Positions 1 through 13,637 are shown, counted from the first letter of the stretch. The stretch is DNA of 64,000 nt from Phoronis australis (GCA_002633005.1 NMRA01000418.1:245173-309172), one strand, 5' to 3'. Numbers and translations: made by a program. Notes: a model not told the origin generated them from the letters alone.

Positions 1-101
1 TTTAAGGCATTTATTTTCATGCTAAGTTAGTCACTGAATACGTAAACAACATTATCCCACGCGCGCTGAATCTGTCGACGGAAATAAGGCCATGAAATGC
101 A

Positions 102-1267
102 AAAGGTACCCGCTAATCCAAAACCTTTACGGCTAACAGATGTCGCTTTTCATCAATCACGTGTCATTTTATCGCTCAAGTAAGACTGTCTGCCAGAGAA
201 TCTTAACCAAGAACCTTGACCTACATTCTGCTGCTGCTGACTGTAACCACAGGTCACGAGAGTTCATGAACCAGACTGTGTATGTCCTGGGCCCTGTCTC
301 CAATCTTTTTACTCGAAATGGAACTCGAAATTAGGTTTGGCATTTTCTACTCTACTTTTGGGCGAACTCAAGATAAGTGTCTATTATTCTATGCTCGAGT
401 ACACAATAACTTACGTAGATAATTTATTGCCCTCAGTTCACAGTTTGTAAACCCAATATTAAAGCAAGAAGTTCGAGTTTGAACTCGAAATTTCGAGTTT
501 TTACTCGAGTTTGTAGCACGAATATAAGGGTCTTCAAGGGCAAACTTGAACTAGAAACTCCTATGCATAAACTATAATGTATTCGAGCACAGTCTGATAA
601 CAAATTATCTTAAGTTCGCACAAAAGGAGCAGAGAAATTGCCAAAAATAGTTTCGAGTTCGTTTCGAGTACAAAGATTAGAGACCGGGCCCAGATGAGTG
701 GCGAATTTGTGTGGAAAAGAAATCTTTGTGTCCGACATTCCATGTTTAAAACCCCATTTGTAACAACTATTTATAACATATAATTAAGATGAAAGTGTTA
801 ATAATATACGCTGTTGTGGTTGCTCAGCCTAAACGCTGGGGTAAAATATATATGACCATGGTGAGGCTACTAAACCGGGCCCGGCCACTTTTCCGCCCGG
901 TGAGAATTTGGCAACTTCACAACCATAATTTTAATTAGGTTGAAACATAACCAATATATTTTTTAAATTATGTTTGAATTATACATGGTGATATACATGT
1001 TAGGTTTTATTCTCTGCGATATTTTCTTTCTCGTTCAGTGTCTCGTTAGCCAACAACACTGAGCCCAGCAGACCGGACTGGCTGTGGCACGACACGGCAG
1101 CTGATGATTCACCAAGTAGAAACGACTGTATTTAATGTTCTATCAACACAAGATTCAGTTCACATAAGAATATCACATGACTGTAAGCAGCGCTGCCTGT
1201 TAGTAAAGCATCATTGCATCCAGCGCCATCTGTTTGCCGTAAAGGTTTTGGATGAGCGGGTACCTTT
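102..1267. mobile_element. Non-autonomous TIR element (about 45-bp TIRs beginning AAAGGTACCCGCT)
   Basis: 102-146 is the near-perfect reverse complement of 1223-1267. Confidence 0.75.
287..693. mobile_element. Nested MITE with about 43-bp TIRs (CTGGGCCC...), possibly PIF/Harbinger type
   Basis: ctgggccctgtctccaatctttttactcgaaa pairs with tttcgagtacaaagattagagaccgggcccag; internal ACTCGAAA repeats. Confidence 0.72.
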
Positions 1268-1830
1268 ATGAAATAAAGTTTTCTGTATTCACCTCCTGCA
1301 CTACTTAAACAGCGACCTCTGACATGCAAAGTTCAAAAGGTAGGTCAATGTCGACTCGACGTCTTCAGCCGGTTCGATCATCAAACTTTCCCAATATAGT
1401 TTAAAGTAATACAGTTGCAACAGTGTAACTAACACTCCACATGTAACCAGGCCCTAAACGTAAAATCTGGATCAAACAGTTCATTACAAGACACTTATGT
1501 CTCAGTTTTCAATTGCTGAATACTATATCGTCTGCAACTGAGGCGCCGATTCCTAGGAAATTAAAATATCAAATATTGTTGTTGTTTAACTATTTCCAGG
1601 AGATGTTACAAATTCACTACTCATTTGCCGTTGTTTTTAACTTTGTTATCTCTTTTCAAGAAATAATTCGTCACTTTTAAAACTGTTTCTTTTACAAGAG
1701 AAAACTTGCAACCCAACGCAAAAGTACATACATATAGGATGTGATCCGCCATGTGAACAGTCTGGCCGGTTAAGTATTTGAAAAATCTGCCGAATAAATG
1801 TAAGAAACTTAAGAATCCGAAGCGCATGGG

Positions 1831-1997
1831 ATAAATACAAAACATACCTCGATTGGCGTACATCATGAAGTAATATCCCACTCGACCTTACTCCGCATAA
1901 CGACTTCGGCCTTCGCCTTCAGTCTCAATCGATACACGAAATAATGTCTCGTGGGATATTACTTCATTTACGCTCTCGGTACATTTTATGTATTTAC
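1831..1997. repeat. Short imperfect palindrome (hairpin-type element)
   Basis: atgaagtaatatcccac pairs with gtgggatattacttcat, with weaker pairing extending outward. Confidence 0.65.
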
Positions 1998-2588
1998 ACA
2001 CCACATTTTTTCTCGTAAAGTTTGCACTGCATTCTCGCGCATCAATATTAGCGGTTCAGCCGTGCGGATTTTTTGATATTTTTTCATTAATTCGTTCGAT
2101 TTACAACGGAACTATGCGAACAAATTGAAGGAGTTTGTGCTGTTTTGTCTTGGCACAAAGCAGCACTTCAATTTATCGTCATTTTTCACAGTTACGTGCA
2201 CCTCAGTTCTACTTAACAATGCACCAACAATTACGGATCGATAACAAGATCTTTTGTTGTATTTGGGAAGAAGAAGAAAAAGATAATTTGTTGTGACTTG
2301 TATTTAGCCTCGTGAAAGAACAACAATTGATTGAAGAATCGGTGAAAAAAGAAACTGGCCAATAGGTGAAGCAATATTTCATCGCGCCGAAAGCCAACGC
2401 AGAAGATCGCTGCGCAACTTTAGCAGCAGAATAGAACGCCAATTTGTCCAATACCAGAATATAATTTTATTTACTCAAATAAGTGTGTAGTTTCTAATGA
2501 CACTAATTGTGTGTCAGATTTTATCTTCACCACTTTTTACCGACATCGGTACAAAGCTGTATAAATACATGTATTTAGTCATCCAGCC

Positions 2589-5105
2589 TTGCGCCAAGGC
2601 TACGGAGCCAGATGTTATTGCACGTTCAGTCACGCCTGGAAAAGTTGCTGAACGACAGAACGCCGTCATGAGAGATTCTTGAAACACATTTTGACAAACT
2701 AGCTTACGAGATTACCTTTTGAAGAGATTAAGAAACAGCAAACGGCCAACAAAGTTGGTGCTTCCATTCTATGTTGCTCTCAGTGGCTGAATTCATTGGT
2801 GATGAATGTTAGACAGACGACACTCTTGTAAAAGCGCGCCAATGTATGGTTGCTCCGAGTTATCACTAGATTGCGCTGCTATCTGCGGCAGGGATCGACT
2901 ACATGTGCTTGTGAAAGAAGTCGCTACTCGGGCGAAAATTGATTAACTCCTAGAAAGAGAAATTTATTTGTTGTCTAAAATAAATACAAGCAAGTAAATT
3001 GTGCAAGTAAAAAGTTTGACAACACAAAATTATATCTGTTAAAAATCCTTTCTAGTTCGATCATATCCATCGCGAACCCGGCTAAAAGAGCATTTTTTAT
3101 ATTTATTCATACTGAAGCTGGGAAGAAGGATTGACAGTCCTTTCGAAACAAAATCATTTTAATGTCTTGCCAAACAAGACTTATCCAGGGCCCAGAGGTT
3201 TCGATTTTAAAATGACGTGAATCTGCCTAAATTCGTGTAAAATACCCGAGCACTATCTGGATTACGTCACAGTCAACAATGGCATGTATGACACGAATTA
3301 TTATATATGCCTGATCCTTCACGTTCACGTCGCTTTGCGATACCTCTATTAACTCATCAGTTTCATGCGTGCACCCAGCCTAAATAATTGGGGGTCTCGA
3401 ATTTTCGGTATGGGGACCTTTCACTGACAAGCATCAACGAGGACTAAAAAAACGGGCTCAAGGTTCAGACCTACGAATTGTGCATCGGCGCAGAATGCCT
3501 GTGGACTTTTGTCTCGTTTCCTGGCTCGGAAATTTTGCTTCGCTGAGGCGGACCCATGACGGCGACATCCCATTGCTCCCAACTTGTTCGATTCTTTAGC
3601 CCAACAACAAGTTGGGAAGTTTACCCCCATAGCCAGTATCTTACACGACTGATTAACTCCATTCTGGCATTTTTGGTTGGAGTGCCTGCTCTCTCTTGTT
3701 CGATAATTGCTCTAATCTCCGATCAGATCGTATCTAGCCTGATTGGGCTGGGCTGATAAAATTGAAAGTTAAGTTATAACATATTTGAGATTAAACCAAT
3801 AGCATTTCTGAATTCCTCGTCAAATGCTGATCATGTTCCCATTTTGAATCTCCAAACTCGCCCAACTACAACAGAAGGTAAGACAATCGATTCTGTCCAA
3901 ACGGATTACCAACGCCACATTGGGTTTGATTGTGTTTATACGCGTTCGGTAATAGCATGCAACCACCATAAGTTTCCTTTGAAGCATGGGAGATAATTGG
4001 CCTGCTTGTTATCATTCGGGACAAAAGACTGAGCTGGGCAGTTAACAAAAGAGCTAGACGTAATCGCACGTTCAGCACCCCTCACGTCTGGAAAAGTTAC
4101 TGAACGACAGAACGCTGTAATGCTTTTGGCCAAATTCGCAAAATTGGGCGCTTTTTCGAGCCCCCCAGGCCTCCCTGGTTGCGCCCATGAGTTTGTGTTT
4201 GTAATGCCACTCTCATTCGATGATCTACTCTTTCTACTAGCGCCCAACGAAAGACATTAATGTAAACGATTCGAAAGATTGTTAAACAAACTATCAAAGG
4301 CCAACGAACAGCTTAATTTTCAATGAAACATGTACAGTATCAAGAAGGTCTGACATCCAAATACACATACAGAATATATAGCCCAGTCCATGATCCGCGC
4401 CAGCCCGAGAACGAACCTTCACTCTTGAGTACACGAAGCAACTTGTTGCAAGACACAAGGTAACAGCATAAGAGTCAATTTGAAGGAATTGAAACGCCAA
4501 ATATCACTTGACGCATGAAATTTTTCAACATATCCACTTGTATGCTGATAAAGACTAGACTAAGTCTACAAATTCGGTCATGAAAAGGCCTTGATAATTT
4601 ATATAAAGGTGCTACCTTTACACCAAAAGAGCGCCGGAAAAACATAAATAAATTTGTCGAATCATCAACTTACAGAACATGAACATAATTTCTGTCATTG
4701 GCGATTAGTGTACACCTAGAACCTCGATTTGATTCGTATAAAAAACATGTTGAACTTTGAAAAACTATACATGATATTGAAATGTTTGAGAGAGACGGCT
4801 TTGCTAATGTTAGTATGAACATTAAAGAAAAACTGAAAGCAGAAGGGACAAAAACAGATCCAACTCAAGAAATTCCAAAAGCGTCTTAAGCTATTTTCTT
4901 CCTGCCGCTAAACAACTTCGGGACAATGGTGACATTGTGAATAGAAAGTCTGAGTACCAAGATAAGCTGAATAGCGTCATCGCCAACACGGCAAATTTTC
5001 AGAGTATAAATCTTAACCCCATGAATAAACATTAAGAACTAAACCGTTTAATTAAGCTGACTATTGTTCACAAGAATTAATTAGGTCCCTATTTCCAACT
5101 TGCTG
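2589..5105. repeat. Duplicated leader-exon and upstream block, paralogous to about 52945-55200
   Basis: Colinear direct similarity over more than 2 kb. This copy carries an extra segment at about 3530-4150; the other carries a SINE. Confidence 0.9.
2716..2767 (-). CDS. Paralogous IgSF gene B, signal-peptide exon (MEAPTLLAVCCFLISSK); the rest of the gene would lie left of the window
   Basis: 52 nt, phase 1, donor AAAG|gtaatc; 15/17 residues identical to 53066-53117; embedded in a duplicated block. Confidence 0.72.
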
Positions 5106-5248
5106 GGGCGTTTTTCTGAAGGACGCTTCTATGGTAACCATAAAGCACATAAACCTGGGTATCAACGGATCCCATCATTTCTCAAATGCTAACCCCTACG
5201 TGTCAAGTAGCTGAAACATTAGATAAATTCACCAAACAGTACTTACCA
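4690..5248 (+). mobile_element. Penelope-like retroelement RT N-terminal relic (second copy at about 54790-55200)
   Basis: Degenerate AAKQLRDN.DIV.RK, KFQSI..NP, YG..K.HKPG and PIISQ..TPT.QVA..LD......YLP motifs. Confidence 0.65.
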
Positions 5249-5987
5249 GTGGCGGATTTAGAGGGGGGTAAAGGGGGTTATGGAAACGTCCTGGCTAATA
5301 CTCTGCCCTGCCCACCAGCTCAAGCCGACACTGCAAGAAGACGTCAATGTCATGTACATATACGATTAAAAGATTTTGACTAAATTACCTGGAACCAGAA
5401 CAACGTTAGAAAAACTTTGCCAGGTAAACCTCAATATTCTTAATACGATTCACATTAAAGAGCAGTGTGGGTTGGGCCAGCTTCTTAAAAACGAATTCTG
5501 TTTGAGGTAGATACTGAGGCGGTGTTCATTTTAACGACAAGCAATGAACTCCAGCTAACTGAAATTAACACAGCGTGATCATGAATGAAAATAATTTTTG
5601 ACAAAGGCCAGTAGTTTAGTGATAAGGGACTGGAAACTTTCGAACTTCCAACATATTGTGGAGACACCTCAAGAGTTTGATATGGGACCTGAACCAGGAT
5701 GAAAGGGACAAAAACTTAGCGTGCAGGCCTGACTTGCCCATTCAGGTATTGATCCAAGTGGATACTGTGATATCATCTATAAAGATACAGTGTTTTGTCA
5801 GTGCCAATGTGAAGTACTTGAAGACAAAGTTCATATTTACCACAATGTCCTGCTTACCTCGAGCTTAGATCACATATGACCAATGCATTGTAAGCACTGG
5901 AGAATATAGGACACTGTCAAGTGGAATGTGCTCCGCTAAATCCGCCTACGCGATATCAACAATGTTCCAATGATAGTGGTGAAAAGG

Positions 5988-6376
5988 GTACAGCTCTTCC
6001 AGGCACTCGAACAATACCCCAATGTTTATAAAAAATATTTTGAAATTCCGCAATTGTACAACAAAATTAATTTCTTTCTGTATGGAGGTCAAGAACTTAA
6101 CTCAAATGAAAATAAGGTTTTATTTGAAATGGTATCAGAATTTCTTAATAACATTAAATCTCTTTGTGTGAGTGGATAGAATTTTATACATATGTATGAA
6201 AATGAATTATTTTCATTCGTTGTCATATATCATTGTATTCTTAACATCAGTTTTTTATTTTAGTATTCGCATATAGACTTCCTTGTATTTTTTTACCCAG
6301 ATCTAATGCCTCTTGGCGCTTTCTGGGTTATGTATACTCACTGTATTCTGAAGATTTCGTAATAAACATTAAAAAA
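5988..6376 (+). mobile_element. 5'-truncated LINE (CR1/L2-like 3' end) with A-tail
   Basis: FFLYGGQELNSNENKVLFEMVSEFL resembles an ORF2 C-terminus; AATAAA plus A-run; degenerate direct repeats atagtggtgaaaagg / atagtgatgaagatgg; absent from paralogous units (e.g. 17210-17240). Confidence 0.72.
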
Positions 6377-7129
6377 ATAGTGATGAAGATGGCAAAACTT
6401 GATAGACTCGCTGATTATGGTGAGGACCTGCTTACTAAAGTAATACCGTTTGGTACTCATCATTTCACTTGGAAGGTTTCTAATACATCCAGAAAGACAG
6501 TGGCACTGTATTGTAACCCTCAAAATGTTTGAAAAGAATAAAAAATATATATAATAAAATTGAGCTACCTATCTGTCTTGTTTTGCCCTCCATAAATGAG
6601 AAATTTATGAAAAGATTGAAGGGGAAATTAGTTTTAGAAGATTGTGTTTTATGTAACTTTTCCGATATCTCTCATAACTTAGTTTAGAGACATCAGATAA
6701 TCATTGCAGGCAGCAGAGTAATGTATTTTATAGCCACGTTAATTTACGATGTTCCTTAAAATTAATTTTCGCACAATTTATATGGCCAAGGATACCCTTT
6801 CATTCGTCACATCAGTGCAAGGCCTCTCTGCAACACCAATTGCATGGCACACTGTTCTGAGTTAGTTATCATCTTCAGTACGTTACCAAAAATGTCAATA
6901 ATCTATTACTGTATGCATATTGGTCAAGCAAACCAAGGCTTATGTGGAGGCACGATATCTAAGCATTCACTTATGTTCATGGCATGCATTTGATGCTGGC
7001 CAAACGTTCAACCTGCCAAAGCCACACATCATACTGCTGCGTCATGCTGCCCCTGTGAAGCATTGTACAACAAAATTAAAACCTCATAGGAACGGTATCA
7101 TAATTCTTTTCATGTAAAGCTAATTCTTT

Positions 7130-7135
7130 TTTATT
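7130..7135 (-). terminator. Candidate polyadenylation signal AATAAA abutting the distal stop codon
   Basis: Plus-strand tttatt at 7130-7135; the equivalent position in the proximal copy reads AATAAG. Confidence 0.35.
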
Positions 7136-7155
7136 TCATAGCATACAAGAAGGAC
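7136..7155 (-). CDS. Distal terminal coding exon GPSCML*
   Basis: Long T-rich tract ...tttttaattattatctgtcag|GT CCT TCT TGT ATG CTA TGA, followed directly by AATAAA. Confidence 0.6.
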
Positions 7156-7985
7156 CTGACAGATAATAATTAAAAATAGTAAAACAGCTAGCAAAATGAT
7201 AATGAGCGATGAAGTCAATCTCTTTTCAAAACCTTTAGTCAACCGTTCAAAATTTTTACATAAATTTTGATGCTGAAGTCACCTTAGAAGCAAACAACAC
7301 ATCAAACAACGCAAAACTTTCACCGACCACTCTTTGGGGTGTGGGGACTGTTGCATAAGCTCATTTAGCGAATTAAGGTAATTATTAAAGTCTCAAGTAG
7401 CTCTGTTATTTGCAAGGCGTATATGTACTATGTAAGAAAAAGAAGTGAAAGTATGAAACAATGAAGTAGAAATATATCAAAATTTAAAAACGCAAACTTA
7501 ATTAATACAGACTATATCGTCTTCGTATCGACAAGTACAGTAGATTAAGAGAACACGTTTTGCACTAAACAAATCAGAGGTAAAACAAATGAAAACACAT
7601 TTCGTATCCACTCAATGTTCAGGGTAAATGGACCTTCAGAGGAATTGCGTTTCTGAGCATAAGCCTTTCAGCATTAGGGCACGGTACAATTTCGATTTCC
7701 CAATTCCTTCAACTATTTCGGCAACATATGAAAAATATGTTAGATAATGCCAAAATAGTTTGACGCGGTCTACGTGTAAAATAATGAGACACTCCTTACA
7801 CGCGTCTGCTGTTATTCATAAAACTGACCACAGGACAGCTGACCAAGAAATATTGAGTTCATAGAAGATTTGCAGTTTGAAAAAATCATTTGCGTTGATA
7901 AGAAAGTGATATAAAGAGTTCTTGCGATAGTGGCATATAGTTGAACTAAGTTAATTTTTGAACTAGAAGAAAACTATCGACATAC

Positions 7986-8021
7986 CTCCACCTTCTCCAT
8001 TTCCAGTAGGCTTCACGATAC
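7986..8021 (-). CDS. 36-nt tail microexon (GIVKPTGNGEGG), divergent copy
   Basis: ttgcag|GTATCGTGAAGCCTACTGGAAATGGAGAAGGTGGAG|gtatgt; same length and phase despite many substitutions. Confidence 0.68.
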
Positions 8022-8479
8022 CTGCAATCCAAAATTTGGTTTTACAATAACTATTATCATCAAACTTGAATCTCCACAAAAATGGAAACCCAAATAGAGA
8101 AAAGTTACTGTGCGCGAAAGAAACACGAAATCTTAATCTAGTGTTCCCAGGGTTGATAGAATGAGTACACAGGGTACTGTTGACGTCTTTCTTGTGCTAA
8201 AGCAGTCTAAGATGCAAAATTCGAGTGCCAAGGTAAATCTCAAGCCAGTCGTCATAGTTCATCTGGCCACATTAAAGGGTATCCTGGGGTTTATGGTTCT
8301 TGATTGAGGTGAAAATCAAACATTTTGTGTCTAGTATTTTACCTGAAGATAATTTTTGATTGATATCCAATTATCGTTTCTATTTCATACTGCTAATTTG
8401 GCAAAAATAATAACAACATAGTTCTGCCAACTATTAAACTATGTCTTCAGTTAATTTTATGTTAGAAGTTACAACATAC

Positions 8480-8515
8480 CTCCACCACCTCCATTTGCAG
8501 TTGGCTTAATTGTAT
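8480..8515 (-). pseudogene. Pseudo-microexon (DTIKPTANGGGG copy with dead acceptor)
   Basis: Exon body and donor identical to the other copies, but the acceptor reads ttacat instead of ttacag. Confidence 0.7.
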
Positions 8516-11295
8516 ATGTAAGCCATAACTTAGTTTTACAAGAAGTATTCTAATACATGGAACTCGAATCTTCACACAAATGGAAACCCAAGTGGCAAAT
8601 CGTTACTGTTAGTAATTAATAAGAACAACGGGGAATGTTGAAATGCGTCCACGAATGCACCGCAAGCAGTGTGCTTCTAGGGTGTTAACTTATAACCGAA
8701 AATGGCCACTGGATGTCGCAAAACATGATTAATCCATCTGAAAATGGCAGTTTGTCATCGTTTTTTTTAATAGAAAGCTATTTCCAAAATTACATTACAT
8801 TCGTGATCGAATTTGCGACAAACGGAGGAAAACAGAAAAAAAAAAATGAAATTGACCCCACCGACCACAGATGTTGGATCCATCTGAAAGTCGTGGTTCG
8901 TTGTTAACGTCATAAAAGCACCTTTGCTAATTTAACAAAGAGCCTTCTGTGGGTTATGGAGATACAGTCATGGAAGGAAAAAAGACAAAACTGCCCCTAG
9001 GAGGCGCCACATTAGTCAAACTCGTTGAAATACCATCAAATGTCCTCTTCATATGCCAATTTCACAACCACGCTTAAAGCGGTTTGGTTGATAGAGGGAT
9101 GGACTCCAAAAAACAGGCTCGAAAACAGTATACGTGGCCACGTGATGGCGCAAAATACGTCAAATATATCGGAAAACGGAATATGTCACACCTTCTTTAA
9201 GTTATTTGTTAAGTTTCATTAATATTCCTCAAGGAACTTCAGAAAAACATGAAAAAGGAAAAAATGAAATTGCCACAACGGGGCACAAAAATTGTCAGAT
9301 ATGAATGAAAGTCGTTAACTTTCCGTTCGTTGTCAATTTCATATCTATGTACATGTAATTACACTTAACAAATTTAACAAAGGTCCAGTAGCCGGGCACA
9401 AAAATGCCAATAGAAAGCACCAAATTAAAGAAGTCAATGCAAAATTATTGTTGGCCGTCCTCTTAACAGTAGGAACATATATGTGACCCAGCACGACAAA
9501 AATATACCATATGTTAAATTCATCCTCAGAGTGACTTGGTCGATAGAGATACAAATGCTAAAAAAATTAAAAATGGCCACTAAGTGGCGGAAAAGACCTT
9601 GATTTTCGAAAACAGAAGGAAAGCATAATCCCACTTATGTTAATCCGCCAAATTTCATGAAAATCCGCTGAGGATCTGATACAGAGGTAACAAAAAATAA
9701 AATTTCCACTAGTCCAATCCGTCCTAAAGTGGTCCTCGTCCTTTGTCAACTTGCAACATATTCATATTTGGAAAAACGTTTTCAAAAATGTCAAAATACA
9801 TGTACATGTAGTTTGGCATAAAATCAAGTCGTACAACAGATGCCTGGTGTTATCAATAGAAGAGATCAAAGGAATACAGTGTACCATTTTATCAGGAAAA
9901 ATAAGTTCGTACAAGAAAGTTCGAAGCTGGGAACAACAATAAATTCCTTTGATACGAAAATGATGCTATTTACATTATTGTCTACCTAGTCTAAAGTTAA
10001 AGAGTTCCCACCATGACTTCAGGTAGGCCTTTATTATAGCTGTTGCTAAGAAATAAGCACATTTTTATTAAAAAGTAAATTTCTTCTATTACGCTGTACC
10101 TAATGGGTTGAAAATCAGCTCCGCCGTTGTTGTTTTTAATAAAGTGATATAGAGGAGTTGTGAAGAAACTCTGCAGATAGCCTCCTTTCAGACATGAAAA
10201 GGCGCTAAAAGGCTACAACTTGACCGCGGACGTCTATGTTCCAATTTCCTAAAGACCTGAAAGTTGCACACAGAAATAACATCGAGTTGTGCACCAAAAG
10301 AGGGCGAGGAATGACGGTGTGGAGCATACAACTCGGTCAGGAGCCACACTTTGTTCTGCATATCAGTTTACAAATTGTGTGTAAACCGAACACAGAAGTG
10401 GCATTATGATGAAGGACTTGCCACCATGTAAGTGTATTTCTAATTTTTATAAATAGCGGACAAAATGCATGCTTATTACATGGTTAGAAGATGTTATAAG
10501 GATCCAAAAAGTACTAACCCCATAACTAATACACGATCTGTACTCGAAAAAAAATTAAATGAACGCGCCGCTCACGATTGGCACCCGAAGAACCGCCGCC
10601 ATTTTGAACTTACCGCGAACCCGGAAATACAATTCATTTAGGAACCCAGGCTAAGAAAACGCCGTTAGGTGCCTGTTACCAGCCTGTAAATGGGGATAAT
10701 ATAATTGAAAGTGCGCCTTAATTTTAATAAAATCAAAATACGGACAATTTTATCGAAATTGCTGAAGAATTGTGGCGAATAAATTTTAACAGAAAATATT
10801 TTGCCGGACTCGGGACTGCAGCCTATCTGTCCCGTTGCCGATCGAGACCAGACACTGGCGAACGGTAAAGGCATGCAGTTACAAGCTGTTTTGTCGAAGT
10901 AGAATGTTCAAATCATAAATGCTGTATACATTCAAAGGTAGTTTCAGACACTTGCATAAAATTACGGGCTGGTTATTCCTGTGTCAAACTGCCGCGGCAG
11001 ACCTTAGTTAGCCTCAGTCACCAGCTACCAGTGAAAACTATCGTCAAAAACAGCTTGTTAGTAGGCCTATACACCTTTGCGCCACGGCTACCGTTAGCAG
11101 GGGCGGATCCAGGGTTTTGAGTTAAGGGGGGGGGCAGGGCACAGGAATCACCAGAATTTTGGCAGATGTGCGCGCCCAGCCTAAAATGTAGGGATGCAGG
11201 AGGCCTCGAATTTTTGGGTTTGCGGACCTTTTGACAAAAAATAAAAAAGGTAAATGGTTTGTTCTGGGCCCATCCATTGTTTTTTCACCCCCCCC

Positions 11296-11775
11296 NNNNN
11301 NNNNNNNNNNNNNNNNNNNNNNNNNNNNNNNNNNNNNNNNNNNNNNNNNNNNNNNNNNNNNNNNNNNNNNNNNNNNNNNNNNNNNNNNNNNNNNNNNNNN
11401 NNNNNNNNNNNNNNNNNNNNNNNNNNNNNNNNNNNNNNNNNNNNNNNNNNNNNNNNNNNNNNNNNNNNNNNNNNNNNNNNNNNNNNNNNNNNNNNNNNNN
11501 NNNNNNNNNNNNNNNNNNNNNNNNNNNNNNNNNNNNNNNNNNNNNNNNNNNNNNNNNNNNNNNNNNNNNNNNNNNNNNNNNNNNNNNNNNNNNNNNNNNN
11601 NNNNNNNNNNNNNNNNNNNNNNNNNNNNNNNNNNNNNNNNNNNNNNNNNNNNNNNNNNNNNNNNNNNNNNNNNNNNNNNNNNNNNNNNNNNNNNNNNNNN
11701 NNNNNNNNNNNNNNNNNNNNNNNNNNNNNNNNNNNNNNNNNNNNNNNNNNNNNNNNNNNNNNNNNNNNNNNNNNN
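11296..11775. other. Assembly gap (480 N)
   Basis: Run of n. Confidence 1.
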
Positions 11776-13256
11776 AACACAAAACAGTAAGCTATAAACG
11801 AGGCATAATTTATCAATGGCCCCATGGACTACTGCAAGGGGTCACGTACTGCATTGTAAAATTGTGGGGATACTCCAGTTTTTAAAAGATTCTGAGTCAC
11901 TTCCATTCAGTAGCGTCAAGACGTGATTTATTTGTCGCTCGTCGACAATATGTTAAATAACCATCACCTCTACACCACTGGATCGCATGAAATCCGCACA
12001 GCTAATATTGATACCACGAACTCCGAAGAGAATCACGCGGCATTCGTACCACTTGCAGTCTTTTCCTCCCCCTTCGCCATTACGAATTGTATGGTGCCGT
12101 AGTCATGCCACTCGCAGTCTGTCCTTCAACCTTTCGCCATCAATTTTGTGACCGTTCCCGTCGTCAAATGCCAAGTCTAATTTAATTCCTCCCCCGAAAA
12201 TCCTAGCACTCAATGTAAATAAGAAACATATTCGACACAAAAGCACAACCTTGACAAAAACCTGCGAGGAAATCAAGCCATGAGTGCAGGTTCAGCGGTC
12301 AGTGGTAGCATATGCAGGGGTAACCCCCCCGGACATTTAATGACTCAATAACCGCAGTCCACCCGAGGTCCAGCCTAGGCCAGTCTTAGGATGAGCCACA
12401 ACCCAACCGAGTTCAGAACGCGTCCGGGCGAAGCCTGACCTCACTCCGGTTGAAGGTCACCCGAGGCCTCACTAAGGCTGAAGTGCGTTCGATGGGAAGC
12501 TACTTTCGATCAGCAATGTAGTTGACTTGATAACCTGAATTAAGAACGTAATAAGTTACAAAACTTGACTTGAAACCAATTTAGACTTAAAATGTAGAAA
12601 AATGTGAATCATTTCGTGACACATAATACTAAGCCTTGAACAGCAATTGCCAGTCAAACAAAAACAGCTCCAAATTATTTCAAGGATTTTTTAGCTTGTT
12701 GTAAGATCACCTGAATGGGAAATTCACAGTAAAATAATTCGACGAAAATTGAACAAAGTACCTTTTTGTAGCAACGTTTGTCAGAATGTGTCAACGTTAA
12801 ATCTCCACAAATTGTACAAAGTAACAGGTTGAACATTCCTTCCTGTTCATCAAAAGTCGCCATGCTATCGGTGCCACCAGAAATGAGATGAAGTCCAACG
12901 GGATTTGTGAACACATTTATCATTCAATAAGTAAAAACTGCGACGCTGAAATTTGGTGAAAACTGTTGAATCGTGCTGAATATTGCGTAAAGACATGTCT
13001 CACTAAATTTCACAGTAAGTTGTTGTCAAAAATTTTTTACACTAAGTTTTACACTTGTGACGTATCCTGCTGTCCTCCACTATTGCCGACGCGATCCAAA
13101 CAAAGTGACCGAAATTTCGCCATAAAAATTGCAATAAAGCTGTACTGTTTGCTTTGATTTTGATAGATTTTCGATTTTAACTGAGTAAAATGCACTACCT
13201 CTCCGATGACAGCAAATACTTTTTCAAAACGAGAAAAATTTGGTTCGAACATAACA

Positions 13257-13637
13257 GGAACTAAACACAAATGCTATTTTAACACAATAAACAAATGTAT
13301 TCAAGGACCACTAACTACAAACTATAAATGCACTACGCATACAAACGAATCACGATATATTACTAATAAAACAGAGTAATGAAGACTTTTCGAGCAAGCG
13401 ATAACACATTCAGTTACAAGGAAAAAATGGCGGCGTTGAGGACAAGTTCCTGAACTGATGGGCCGGAAATGTGGGTACAAAACCGATAACAGCCGGTAAT
13501 TATACGCTTACAGAGAAAGGTCAAATACTGTTAAAAATCGCTTTTGGCAAGAAAGGCGGAAAGAATATAAGGAAAGGTAGTCGAAAATAAGATTTTATTT
13601 AATAAGTATATTCGGATACTGGAACCACATGGGCATT
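13257..13637. mobile_element. Uninterrupted copy of the repeat that hosts the P-like insertion (inverted copy at 46013-46213 + 48938-49134)
   Basis: The reverse complement of ggcggcgttgaggacaagttcctgaactgatg aligns across both flanks of the 46214-48930 element. Confidence 0.82.

Larger units (their letters stand above)
5322..10450. repeat. Older, diverged duplicate of the gene 3' region (paralogous to about 15380-24900)
   Basis: 5322-7980 matches 15380 onward and unit C; 8470-9080 matches 22385-23320; 9750-10450 matches 24210-24905. Confidence 0.88.

Noticed and set aside
7120-7233. Apparent transmembrane exon (GFEKRLTSSLIIILLAVLLFLIIICQVLLVCYEIKKN*) on the minus strand, which would give a membrane isoform
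   Set aside because: The acceptor is weak (gactaaag), the hydrophobicity is explained by the T-rich tract of the 7155 acceptor, and the frame and hydrophobic run are not conserved in the paralogous 21575-21670 region. Not excluded without RNA data.
11181-11885. Long ORFs in the track
   Set aside because: Artefacts of the N run.
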